From: Lutibacter sp. | Lineage (GTDB): Bacteria > Bacteroidota > Bacteroidia > Flavobacteriales > Flavobacteriaceae | DNA length: 64,000 bases | NCBI RefSeq assembly: GCF_033723435.1 | Contig: NZ_JAWVXC010000001.1 | Location: 91,754-155,753, forward strand | Direction: 5' to 3' | Part shown: piece by piece, positions 1 to 8,818 of the stretch | Layout of the letters: the number at the start of each line of letters is the position of its first letter | Numbering within the stretch: the first letter of the stretch is position 1 | Notes under the pieces: model-generated | The model's input: only the letters and a program-made list of their open reading frames with translations | The model's database searches: none | Told to the model about the DNA's origin: nothing | Translations under genes and position numbers: made by a program

Positions 1-716
1 CCTAATAAACTTGCATTAATACGAGTTGCAAACTCTTTTGGAGTTCTATAAGTAATATCTAAAACCGATGATAATTTATCGCCATATTTAGCTTGAAATC
101 CACCGGCTGAAAATTTTACATTTTCTACTAAATTTCCATTTACAAAACTTAATCCTTCTTGTTGACCTGAACGAACTAAAAATGGGCGATAAACTTCAAT
201 ACCATTTACATAAACTAAATTTTCATCAAAATTACCACCTCGAACATTATATTGCGTACTTAATTCATTATTGTTATTAACGCCAGCTAAGGTCATTAAA
301 ATATTTTCAACACCTTGATTAGCACCTGGTATTTTAGTAATATCTGATGGGTTTACTGTAATTATTCCTTGTGCTTCTTTCTTTTTATCAATTACGGTAA
401 CTTCCTCAATTTTTTCTATTTTAGATTTTAATATTGGATAAAATCGATAGGTTTTATTATTAGGAATTGTAATTGTCTTTTGAAAAGACTCATAAGATAC
501 ATGACTTAATGTAATCGTAATTTTTTGCGAAGCAGGAACTTTTAAGGTAAATTCTCCATCTGCATTAGTAGTAGTACCAAAATTTTTAACATGAATTGCA
601 ACTCCTTCAATAGGTGTTTTTTGTTCATTTTTAACAACTCCCTTAATAGTGGCTGTTTGAGCTATTAAAAAAGTGCTAAAAAGAAAAAATAGGAGTAGGG
701 TTATAATATTTTTCAA
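1..716 (-). CDS. TonB-dependent receptor, N-terminal part (gene runs off the window start)
   Basis: Not in the ORF track. The reverse frame is open from 716 to the window edge. Translation from TTG (716-714): MKNIITLLLFFLFSTFLIAQTATIKGVVKNEQKTPIEGVAIHVKNFGTTTNADGEFTLKV... This gives a signal peptide, a carboxypeptidase-regulatory-like domain and the start of a plug domain (DITKIPGANQGVENILMTLAGV, NVRGGNFDENLVYVNGIEVY). An in-frame TAG lies 7 codons upstream of the TTG. Confidence 0.65.
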   Translation of the reverse strand, partial: MKNIITLLLFFLFSTFLIAQTATIKGVVKNEQKTPIEGVAIHVKNFGTTTNADGEFTLKVPASQKITITLSHVSYESFQKTITIPNNKTYRFYPILKSKIEKIEEVTVIDKKKEAQGIITVNPSDITKIPGANQGVENILMTLAGVNNNNELSTQYNVRGGNFDENLVYVNGIEVYRPFLVRSGQQEGLSFVNGNLVENVKFSAGGFQAKYGDKLSSVLDITYRTPKEFATRINASLL

Positions 717-721
717 AATGG

Positions 722-2434
722 CTATAATTTTTTTCTAAAAAAAGTTGAATTTACTATAGTTTTATTTCCAACATTATCCGTAACAGTAACTTTTAACTGA
801 TGTTTTGCGGTGTTAAATTTTTTATCGTTTAAATTATAAGTTAACATCCCTTTTTTAACGTTATACTCCATTAAAATCCATGAACCATCAATTTCGCCTC
901 TGTAACTTTTAATTCCAGAGCCTTCATCATTTATTTTAACTTTTAAGTAATTATAATGTGTAAGCCATTGTTTATCTTTAAAATTCTTCAATTTTATAGT
1001 TGGAGCTATGCTATCCGTCATTAATTTATAATTTCCAAGTTTTTTGGTTCGAGTGTAAAAAGTAGAATCTTTTTTCACAGTTGGTTGATAACTAGTACTT
1101 CCATTTTCGTTTACATAAGCAATATATAATTGTTTTCTAGCTTCCTGGTTATATTTTGAAACATTAAAAGTTAGCGTGAATTTTTTATTTAAGGGTACAG
1201 TTGGCACATGTATTTTGGCTAAAGTATCCGAAACATCAAATTTTAGATAAAGATTATTATAAAATGTGTTTTTAGGAAAAGCAATTGTAACTCCATTTTG
1301 TGTAAATTTTGAAAATTTAGTGTAATCAATTTTATACGGAGTTGTACTTACTTCGGGTTTTACTAAAATTGGTAATTTTTTTCCTTGAACAGGAATAGTT
1401 ATTGTACGTTTATTTCCTTTAAAATCAGATGCAATAATTTTTACAGTATAATTTAATCCATCTTTAATAGTTATGTAACCATTATTTGGTGTTTTATATA
1501 AGCTTAATTTGTTTTGTGGTTCAATAAAACATTTTTGAATTCGTTGTTTTAATTCTTCAAACCGTTTATAATCAATTAATAAATTAATGTATTTTGATTC
1601 TGAAAAAGAAAAAGTAGATGCTATAAATTCAAACTGTTTTTTTCCATTTACTAACATTTTTAAATCATATAAACCATTTTTATTAGCTGCATTATTCAGC
1701 CTATCAAAAGCGTTAATTCCAAAACTAATAGTGCCAATAGCGTTTATTTTAGTAGCTAATAAATTCCCATTTTTTAATTTTTTAAAAGGAATTTGAACTG
1801 GTGTATTTATTTGATTTATAGCAGAACTATCACTTAATGAGTACCCAATAAGAGTATTAATTGTAGGCTTAATATTATCTTTTATTGTAACACCAAACAA
1901 CATCGGATTAATTGGTTTTTCTGTTTTGGTGTTTCTTATTTCAAAATGTAGATGTGGTCCAACAAATCCACCTGTACTACCTGTGTAAGCAATAATTTCA
2001 TTAGATTTAATAGGTAATTCATTAGACTTTGGAAAAACTTGAATTTCAAAACTTTCCTTTTTGTATTGCTTTTGTTTAATGTATTTTTCAATAATTGGAT
2101 TAAACTTACTTAAATGCGCATAAACAGTTGTATAACCATTAGGATGTGTTATATATAACGCTTTGCCATAACCCCACAGCGAAATTTTTATTCTAGAAAC
2201 GTACCCATTTGCTGAAGCATAAACTTTTAAACCTTCTTTTTGTTCTGTTTTAATATCTAAACCAGCATGAAAATGATTGGTTCTTAACTCTCCAAATGTA
2301 CCAGAAAGTACTAAAGGAATATTAAGCGGTTTTTTAAAGTAAGTTTTAGGTAATGAATTACTTATAGATAAATCACCTTGTGAAAATCCACTTATAAAAG
2401 AAATAATAAATAATAAGACTACTAGTTTTTTCAA
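722..2434 (-). CDS. M23 (LytM) family metallopeptidase, secreted, with a long uncharacterised C-terminal region
   Basis: 570-aa ORF with a signal peptide. M23 motifs HFHAGLDI and GPHLHFE are present. TTG start; no in-frame ATG before the upstream TAG. Confidence 0.85.
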   Translation of the reverse strand: MKKLVVLLFIISFISGFSQGDLSISNSLPKTYFKKPLNIPLVLSGTFGELRTNHFHAGLDIKTEQKEGLKVYASANGYVSRIKISLWGYGKALYITHPNGYTTVYAHLSKFNPIIEKYIKQKQYKKESFEIQVFPKSNELPIKSNEIIAYTGSTGGFVGPHLHFEIRNTKTEKPINPMLFGVTIKDNIKPTINTLIGYSLSDSSAINQINTPVQIPFKKLKNGNLLATKINAIGTISFGINAFDRLNNAANKNGLYDLKMLVNGKKQFEFIASTFSFSESKYINLLIDYKRFEELKQRIQKCFIEPQNKLSLYKTPNNGYITIKDGLNYTVKIIASDFKGNKRTITIPVQGKKLPILVKPEVSTTPYKIDYTKFSKFTQNGVTIAFPKNTFYNNLYLKFDVSDTLAKIHVPTVPLNKKFTLTFNVSKYNQEARKQLYIAYVNENGSTSYQPTVKKDSTFYTRTKKLGNYKLMTDSIAPTIKLKNFKDKQWLTHYNYLKVKINDEGSGIKSYRGEIDGSWILMEYNVKKGMLTYNLNDKKFNTAKHQLKVTVTDNVGNKTIVNSTFFRKKL

Positions 2435-2566
2435 ATCTATTGATTTAAAGCTAAAATACTAATATTTATTAAAATTCGAATTTAATTAGGTATAAAAATA
2501 GAGGTAGCTTTTTAAATTAAATTCATAAAATAAATTAAAACAGTTGTAATATTGGTTTACTAACAC

Positions 2567-2574
2567 TAACTTTG
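2567..2574 (+). promoter_or_regulatory. Bacteroidota-type -7 promoter motif TAACTTTG (TAnnTTTG)
   Basis: Exact match to TAnnTTTG, 31 nt upstream of the ATG at 2605. Confidence 0.4.
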
Positions 2575-2604
2575 TATTACGTAGTTTATATTCTTAAATT
2601 ATAT

Positions 2605-2895
2605 ATGAGTAAAATAACTGAAGTTGTTAATTTAGTAGAAATAAAACTTAAAAAACTTTTAGAAAATTATAATTTTTTGAAAGATGAAAATGAGTTCTTA
2701 CTAAACAAAATTTCAGATTTAGAAAATCAAATAGTTAAGAATGAGCAATTGTATAATGAATTAAATGAAAAATATACTTCATTAAAAATTGCTAAAACTA
2801 TAGAAGGCAGTAAAGAAGATAGAAGAGAAACAAAACTCAAAATAAATGCTTTAATTCGTGAAGTAGACGTTTGTATTAAACAATTAAGCGAATAA
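2605..2895 (+). CDS. Small coiled-coil protein (possible cell-division partner of ZapA), function unknown
   Basis: The track ORF 2572..2895 begins at a TTG that overlaps the promoter motif. The ATG at 2605 (MSKITEVVNLVEIKLKK...) is more plausible. The sequence has heptad-rich Leu/Glu/Lys/Asn composition and sits directly upstream of zapA. Confidence 0.6.
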   Translation: MSKITEVVNLVEIKLKKLLENYNFLKDENEFLLNKISDLENQIVKNEQLYNELNEKYTSLKIAKTIEGSKEDRRETKLKINALIREVDVCIKQLSE

Positions 2896-2905
2896 GATCT
2901 TTAAA

Positions 2906-3202
2906 ATGGCAGAACCTTTAAAAATAAAAGTAACTATTGCTGGGCGAGTTTATCCAATTAGGGTTAACCACGAAAATGAAGAGGAAGGAATGCGTAAAGC
3001 AGCAAAACATATTAACGATTTAGTTACAAAGTTTGAAAAAAATTATGCCGTAAGTGATAAGCAAGATGTATTAGCAATGTGTGCTTTGCAATTTGCATCT
3101 TTAGTAGAGATAAACGCTATTAATAAAGAAGACGATATAAATAAAGCAACAGAAAAAATTTATCAATTAAGTAACTTAATTGATGAGCAATTAAAAAAAT
3201 AA
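2906..3202 (+). CDS. zapA: Cell division protein ZapA
   Basis: 98 aa. The N-terminal KVTIAGRVYPIRV followed by a helical C-terminus (LAMCALQFASL) is the typical ZapA pattern. Confidence 0.8.
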   Translation: MAEPLKIKVTIAGRVYPIRVNHENEEEGMRKAAKHINDLVTKFEKNYAVSDKQDVLAMCALQFASLVEINAINKEDDINKATEKIYQLSNLIDEQLKK

Positions 3203-3227
3203 GTTCTTTTAAATAAAATAATAATAC

Positions 3228-3386
3228 TGCCTACATTAGTTTTTGTTTGTTAACTCAACACTATATCTTTATAAAGGATGAGTCGTAGTTGTAAAAGCAT
3301 GCCGTCTTGCGCGGATCCTTGAACAATTAGTTAGTCCTAATCTTGTTATAAGGAGTTTACTTAACCGTACTAATGTAGGTTTTTTT
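3228..3386 (+). ncRNA. Candidate 6S-like regulatory RNA (6S / 6S-Flavo type)
   Basis: The zapA-rny gap is 197 nt. An 11-bp perfect closing helix, 3230-3240 CCTACATTAGT with 3369-3379 ACTAATGTAGG, is followed directly by a T7 run. Further helices are 3249-3253/3361-3365 and 3267-3274/3346-3353, giving an interrupted rod. zapA-ssrS synteny is known from E. coli. Confidence 0.5.
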
Positions 3387-3399
3387 ATATACTATAATT

Positions 3400-4968
3400 A
3401 TGGAAAACTATATATTACCAGTAATAATTGGAATTGGAATAGGCTTAGCAATAGGATACATTATTGCAAAAGTTGTTGAAAAAAATAAGGCTACAAAAAT
3501 TATTAGAAATACAAAAAAAGAAGCCACAAAAATCCTTAGAGAAGCAAAACTAGAAGCAGATGCACTTAAAAAGGATAAAATATTACAAGCAAAAGAAAAA
3601 TTTATCGAGCTTAAATCAGAGCATGAAAAGGTAATTATTACCAGAGATAAAAAAATAGCTGATGCAGAAAAAAGAATTCGTGATAAAGAATCTCAAATAT
3701 CACAGGAATTAGACAAAAATAAAAAACTAAATAAAGAAGTTGCTTCAAAATTAGAAGACTACACTAAAAAAGTAGATTATTTTGAAAGAAGGACTGAAGA
3801 AGTAGACAAGTTACACAGAAAGCAAGTTGAAAATTTAGAAGCTATTTCAGGAATATCAGCAGAAGATGCTAAAAAAGAATTAGTTCAATCTTTAAAAGAA
3901 GAAGCTAAATCAGATGCTATGGCTCATATTCAAGATACTATTGAAGAAGCCAAACTAACAGCGCAACAAGAAGCTAGAAGAGTTATTCTAAACACTATTC
4001 AAAGGGTTGGAGTTGAACAAACTGTAGAAAACTGTGTTTCTGTATTTAACATTGAATCCGATGATATTAAAGGTAGAATAATTGGTAGAGAAGGAAGAAA
4101 TATTAGAGCTTTAGAAGCTGAAACTGGTGTTGAAATTATTGTAGATGATACGCCGGAAGCAATTATTCTTTCCTGTTTTGATCCTGTTCGTAGAGAAATT
4201 GCTCGATTATCTTTACATAATTTAGTAACTGATGGAAGAATTCATCCTGCTAGAATTGAAGAAGTGGTTAAAAAAACTGAAAAACAACTTCAACAAGAAA
4301 TAATAGAAGTAGGTAAAAGAACGGTTATAGATCTTGGTATTCACGGATTACATCCTGAATTAATTAAAACTATTGGTAGAATGAAATATCGTTCTTCTTA
4401 TGGTCAAAACTTATTGCAACACTCGCGTGAAGTTGCTAATTTATGTGGAATTATGGCCGCTGAATTAGGTTTAAACGCAAAATTAGCGAAAAGAGCAGGA
4501 TTGTTACATGATATAGGTAAAGTGCCTGATACAGAAAGTGAATTGCCACATGCTTTACTAGGAATGAAATGGGCTGAAAAATATAATGAAAATCCTGAGG
4601 TATGTAATGCTATTGGAGCTCACCATGATGAAATAGAAATGAAAACATTAATAGCTCCAATTGTACAAGTTTGTGATGCAATTTCAGGAGCTCGTCCAGG
4701 GGCTCGTCGCCAAGTTCTAGATTCTTATATTCAAAGACTTAAAGATTTAGAAGATATAGCTTTTGGATTTGGAGGAGTTCAAAAAGCTTATGCCATTCAA
4801 GCAGGTAGAGAATTGCGAGTAATAGTAGAAAGTGAAAAAGTTACTGATGCAAAAGCAAATGAACTTTCTTTTAATATATCTCAAAAAATTCAGAATGATA
4901 TGACTTATCCTGGTCAAGTTAGAGTTACTGTTATTAGAGAAACTAGAGCTGTAAATATAGCCAAATAG
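3400..4968 (+). CDS. rny: Ribonuclease Y
   Basis: 522 aa. It has an N-terminal TM helix, a coiled coil, a KH domain ([15 protein letters not shown]) and an HD domain (LLHDIGK, GAHHDE). Confidence 0.95.
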   Translation: MENYILPVIIGIGIGLAIGYIIAKVVEKNKATKIIRNTKKEATKILREAKLEADALKKDKILQAKEKFIELKSEHEKVIITRDKKIADAEKRIRDKESQISQELDKNKKLNKEVASKLEDYTKKVDYFERRTEEVDKLHRKQVENLEAISGISAEDAKKELVQSLKEEAKSDAMAHIQDTIEEAKLTAQQEARRVILNTIQRVGVEQTVENCVSVFNIESDDIKGRIIGREGRNIRALEAETGVEIIVDDTPEAIILSCFDPVRREIARLSLHNLVTDGRIHPARIEEVVKKTEKQLQQEIIEVGKRTVIDLGIHGLHPELIKTIGRMKYRSSYGQNLLQHSREVANLCGIMAAELGLNAKLAKRAGLLHDIGKVPDTESELPHALLGMKWAEKYNENPEVCNAIGAHHDEIEMKTLIAPIVQVCDAISGARPGARRQVLDSYIQRLKDLEDIAFGFGGVQKAYAIQAGRELRVIVESEKVTDAKANELSFNISQKIQNDMTYPGQVRVTVIRETRAVNIAK

Positions 4969-4990
4969 ATAAAAATATAAGTGTTATTTA

Positions 4991-5019
4991 AAATCCCGCA
5001 AAGGCGGGATTTTTATTTT
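4991..5019. terminator. Bidirectional intrinsic terminator (rny / xerD)
   Basis: Hairpin ATCCCGC-aaag-GCGGGAT is flanked by an A-run and a T-run. It overlaps the xerD stop codon. Confidence 0.75.
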
Positions 5020-5909
5020 CTAGGATGAAAATTAGTCATTACTTCCTTTAAAAATCGTTTATCTAAATGCATATAAATTTCGGTAGTAGTAATGCTTTCA
5101 TGACCTAACATTTGTTGAATAGCTAATAAATTAGCACCACGTTCTAATAAATGTGTTGCAAATGAATGTCTAAATGTATGAGGACTAATATTTTTATGAA
5201 TTCCTGCTTTTTCTGCTAATTTTTTTACTATGGTAAAAATCATAACACGAGTTAGGTTTTTTCCTCTTCTATTTAAAAATAAATAATCTTCAAATCCTTT
5301 TTGAATAGAAATATGATTTCTTATAGACGTTTTATATATTTCAATATATTTTTGAGTTTGATTATTTATTGGTACAAAACGTTGTTTGTTTCCTTTTCCA
5401 ACTACTTTAATAAAACCTTCATCAAAAAATATATCGGATAGTTTTAAATTTATTAGTTCTGATACACGCAAACCACAACTGTATAGTGTTTCAATTATAG
5501 TTCGGTTTCGTTCACCTTCATTTGTGCTTAAATCAATGCTATTAATAATTAAATCTATTTCATGTATAGATAACGTATCAGGTAGTTTTCGACCGATTTT
5601 AGGAGTTTCTAATAAACTAGTTGGGTTATCATTTCTATAATCTTCAAAAATTAAATAATTAAAAAAATTTCGAAGTCCGGAAAGTAAACGAGCTTGAGAA
5701 CGTGCATTTAACTCTTTTGCAGTTTCATACATAAACTGTTTAACTTCTTCATTACTAATGGAAATAGGAGAAAGGCTTATATTATTCACTTCTAAATACG
5801 CTATTAATTTTTTAACATCTCTACTATAAGCATCTATAGAATTCTTTGATAAACCTTTTTCAATTTTTAAATAGTAAGTGTAATCTTGTAATGTATTAAG
5901 CCATTTCAT
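5013..5909 (-). CDS. xerD: Site-specific tyrosine recombinase XerD
   Basis: 298 aa. SAM-like N-terminal domain. Catalytic-domain motifs include HTFRHSFATHLL and LGHESITTTEIYMH. Confidence 0.85.
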   Translation of the reverse strand: MKWLNTLQDYTYYLKIEKGLSKNSIDAYSRDVKKLIAYLEVNNISLSPISISNEEVKQFMYETAKELNARSQARLLSGLRNFFNYLIFEDYRNDNPTSLLETPKIGRKLPDTLSIHEIDLIINSIDLSTNEGERNRTIIETLYSCGLRVSELINLKLSDIFFDEGFIKVVGKGNKQRFVPINNQTQKYIEIYKTSIRNHISIQKGFEDYLFLNRRGKNLTRVMIFTIVKKLAEKAGIHKNISPHTFRHSFATHLLERGANLLAIQQMLGHESITTTEIYMHLDKRFLKEVMTNFHPRK

Positions 5910-6137
5910 GATTGAAATTTACGCAATATTATCAATAAAATATAATTAAAATTGTAAAGAAAAATATATATTTGTAGTGTTAAAAAATTATGCTATGAAA
6001 AGCCTTAACTGTATATAAAATATAACTTTATTTTTATTAAAATAATTCTTTCTGTTATAAATATACTAGTTAGGTATACTTTTCTAGTTTAAGGATTTAA
6101 TTTATTTATTAACATTAATTCAAACAAAAAAATTATT

Positions 6138-6650
6138 ATGAAAAAATTATTATTAACTGTTGTTATAACAGTTGTTACTATGGTGAGTATGAGCGCTCAA
6201 ACATCATTTGGAGTTACTTCAGGGTATTTAAGTGCTGAAAGTAAATTAGATTTAGAAGGAACTAAGTTCACAGATTCAAATTCAGGATTTTATGTTGGAA
6301 TAGTTGCTGATATTAAGGTATCAGAAGAATTTCACGTACAGCCCGAACTAGTTTATACAAACATTAGTGACTTAAGTTTTATGCAAATTCCAATTATGGC
6401 TAAATTTTATGTGGCTGATAAATTTAGTTTGCAAGTTGGACCTGAAATAACCTATACTTTGGAAAAAACTTATGGAGATGCTACCAAATTTAATATAGGA
6501 TTAGGTTTAGGTGCTGCTTATGATTTTTCTGAGAAATTTTTTATTGAAAGCAGATATACTTTTCAAGTTAATAATTATTACACCGGTAATCAAGATGTTA
6601 CTTCTAGAATTAATTTCTTAAATGTTGGATTAGGATATAAATTCAACTAA
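6138..6650 (+). CDS. Small outer-membrane beta-barrel (porin-family) protein
   Basis: 170 aa with a signal peptide ending ...SMSAQ. The sequence has an alternating amphipathic beta-strand pattern and ends in GLGYKFN with an aromatic residue near the C-terminus. Confidence 0.7.
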   Translation: MKKLLLTVVITVVTMVSMSAQTSFGVTSGYLSAESKLDLEGTKFTDSNSGFYVGIVADIKVSEEFHVQPELVYTNISDLSFMQIPIMAKFYVADKFSLQVGPEITYTLEKTYGDATKFNIGLGLGAAYDFSEKFFIESRYTFQVNNYYTGNQDVTSRINFLNVGLGYKFN

Positions 6651-6670
6651 TTATAATTAATAATTATTTA

Positions 6671-6702
6671 AAACCGAAAGTTATTGCTTTCGGTTTTTTT
6701 TT
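6671..6702 (+). terminator. Intrinsic terminator
   Basis: Hairpin AAACCGAAAG-ttattg-CTTTCGGTTT is followed by a T-run. Confidence 0.75.
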
Positions 6703-6729
6703 GTTAAAATTTAATAATACTTTTATCTT

Positions 6730-7143
6730 ATGAAGATACTAATTCTAAACGGCCCGAATTTAAATTTACTTGGTAAACGAGAGCCTTCTATATATGGAAA
6801 TGTAACATTTAATGAGTTTTTTGAAACTTTAAAAAAGAAATATGCTGATGTTGAGTTGCATTATTTTCAAAGTAATATTGAGGGAGAATTAATTGATAAA
6901 TTACATGAAGTTGGATTTAGTTTTGATGCTATAATTTTTAATGCAGGCGCTTATACACATACTTCTGTTGCAATTGGTGATGCAATTAAATCGATTGAAA
7001 CTCCTGTAATTGAGGTTCATATTTCAAATGTTTATTCTCGTGAAGAGTTTAGGCATGTATCGTATATTGCGCCAAATGCTAAAGGTGTAATTGCTGGATT
7101 TGGATTACAGAGTTATGAATTAGCTTTAGAGAGTTTTTTGTAA
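6730..7143 (+). CDS. aroQ: Type II 3-dehydroquinate dehydratase
   Basis: 137 aa. Motifs LNGPNLNLLGKREPSIYG and HISNVYSREEFRH. Confidence 0.95.
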   Translation: MKILILNGPNLNLLGKREPSIYGNVTFNEFFETLKKKYADVELHYFQSNIEGELIDKLHEVGFSFDAIIFNAGAYTHTSVAIGDAIKSIETPVIEVHISNVYSREEFRHVSYIAPNAKGVIAGFGLQSYELALESFL

Positions 7144-7151
7144 TGGTTTAT

Positions 7152-7916
7152 TTAAAATCCTTCAAAAACACCTAAACCAAATAAAGCAAAGTCATATTTT
7201 ACAGGATCATTTCTATCTATTTTTCTTAAAGAAGTATCTAATTCTTTTAAGGCTTTTGCATCATTTTGCTTTCTGGTTAGCAAACCTAATTTTCGAGCAA
7301 CATTTCCAGAATGAACATCTAAAGGACATGAAAGTTGAGCAGGAGAGAGGCTTTTCCAAATTCCAAAATCAACTCCAGATTTATCATTTCTAACCATCCA
7401 TCTTAAAAACATATTTATTCTTTTTGCTGCTGAACCTTTTAAAGGATCTGAAATATGCTTTTCAGTTCTTTGTAAATGTGGTTTTTCAAAAAATACTTCT
7501 TTTAATTTATGAATTGCTGGTTGCGTAGAATTACTAGTTGTATGTATTGAAAATAATTCTTCTAAACCTCCACATTCTAAATAGATATGTTTTAGGCCAG
7601 TTATAAAATATTTTAAATCTTCTGAATTAAAAGTTCTATGCACAAAACCATCTAATGAATCTAAATGATATTCTTTGTGATTCATCACAAAATCATATGG
7701 TGAATTGCCCATAAGCTCCATCATTTTAGTAGCATTTTTTATAATCATTTTTCTATTCCCCCAAGCAATTGTGGCTGTTAAAAAACCTGAAATTTCAATA
7801 TCTTCTTTTAAATTAAATTTATGTGGAATTTGAATAGGATCACTTTCAATAAACTTTGGATGATTATATTCCAAAACTTTTGCATCTAAAAAATCTTTGA
7901 GTTCTAATTTATTCAA
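7152..7916 (-). CDS. TIGR02757 (DUF2400) family protein, function unknown
   Basis: 254 aa with the N-terminal pattern DPIQIPH...AWGNRKMII. It contains an HhH-like segment, CPLDVHSGNVARKLGLL. It overlaps the miaA stop by 4 nt. Confidence 0.7.
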   Translation of the reverse strand: MNKLELKDFLDAKVLEYNHPKFIESDPIQIPHKFNLKEDIEISGFLTATIAWGNRKMIIKNATKMMELMGNSPYDFVMNHKEYHLDSLDGFVHRTFNSEDLKYFITGLKHIYLECGGLEELFSIHTTSNSTQPAIHKLKEVFFEKPHLQRTEKHISDPLKGSAAKRINMFLRWMVRNDKSGVDFGIWKSLSPAQLSCPLDVHSGNVARKLGLLTRKQNDAKALKELDTSLRKIDRNDPVKYDFALFGLGVFEGF

Positions 7917-8818
7917 ACTATTAATTTTTCAATTTTTTTAATAATAGTGGTTGGTTTTTCTTGAAAATTAAACCAGTTTATAGAAGTGTCTTTTTTATTC
8001 CAAGTTACTTGTCGTTTAGCAAAACGGCGTGTGTTCTTTTTTATTTCATCTATAGCAAAATCCAAAGTATATACTTCATCTAAATAATCGAAGATTTCTT
8101 TATAACCAACGGTTTGTAAAGCATTTAATTTTTTGTATTGGTGTAGTTTTTTAGCTTCTTTAACTAAACCTTCTTTTATCATAATATCTACTCTCTTATT
8201 AATCCGTTGGTACATAATTTCTCGTGGAGCTTCTAATCCAACTTTTATAGGAATAAAATTTCGTTTTTGTTTAGTTTGTTTTTTAAATGAAGAATATGGC
8301 TTACCCGTTCCAATGCAAATTTCTAAGGCTCTAACTATACGGTGTGGATTATCAATAGCCAAGGTATTATAACTATCAATATCTAACTCTTTTAATTGAT
8401 TTTGTAATTTAGCTAGATTACCATTTTCTACTTCCTTATTTAATTTTGTTCGTATTTCAGGATCTACTTCTGGAAAATAACTTAAACCATTAATTACAGC
8501 ATTGGTGTATAAACCGCTTCCACCAACCATTACCACAATATTATGTTTTTTATATAATTCTTCTAATTTTAATAAGGCATCTTTCTCAAATTGACCTACA
8601 CTATAATCATCAAAAATACTTCGGTTTTGAATAAAATGGTGAGGAACAGCCATTAATTCTTCTTTAGAAGGAACAGCTGTTCCAATACTCATTTCTTTAT
8701 AAAACTGTCGAGAATCAGAAGATATGATTTCAGCTTTAAAGTATTTTGCTATTTCAATACTTAAATTAGTTTTTCCTATAGCAGTAGCTCCAACAATGGT
8801 AATTAAATAATTATTCAT
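7913..8818 (-). CDS. miaA: tRNA dimethylallyltransferase
   Basis: 301 aa. P-loop GATAIGKT, then SSDSRQFYKEMSIGTA. Confidence 0.95.
   Translation of the reverse strand: MNNYLITIVGATAIGKTNLSIEIAKYFKAEIISSDSRQFYKEMSIGTAVPSKEELMAVPHHFIQNRSIFDDYSVGQFEKDALLKLEELYKKHNIVVMVGGSGLYTNAVINGLSYFPEVDPEIRTKLNKEVENGNLAKLQNQLKELDIDSYNTLAIDNPHRIVRALEICIGTGKPYSSFKKQTKQKRNFIPIKVGLEAPREIMYQRINKRVDIMIKEGLVKEAKKLHQYKKLNALQTVGYKEIFDYLDEVYTLDFAIDEIKKNTRRFAKRQVTWNKKDTSINWFNFQEKPTTIIKKIEKLIV

Noticed and set aside
2572-2604. TTG-initiated extension (MYYVVYILKLY) of the coiled-coil ORF
   Set aside because: The TTG sits inside the TAACTTTG promoter motif, so it would not be transcribed. The ATG at 2605 is the first start downstream of the predicted TSS.
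5013-5909. Tyrosine recombinase as a marker of an integrated mobile element
   Set aside because: The sequence has XerD-type features. It is flanked by housekeeping genes (rny, aroQ). No tRNA, direct repeats, phage or IS genes, or compositional break are nearby.
5941-6000. Possible dif-like XerC/D site next to xerD (GCATAA-tttttt-AACAC on the minus strand)
   Set aside because: Only the XerC-arm CATAA resembles the E. coli dif consensus, and the XerD arm does not match TTATGTTAAAT. In an A/T-rich spacer this is not distinguishable from chance.
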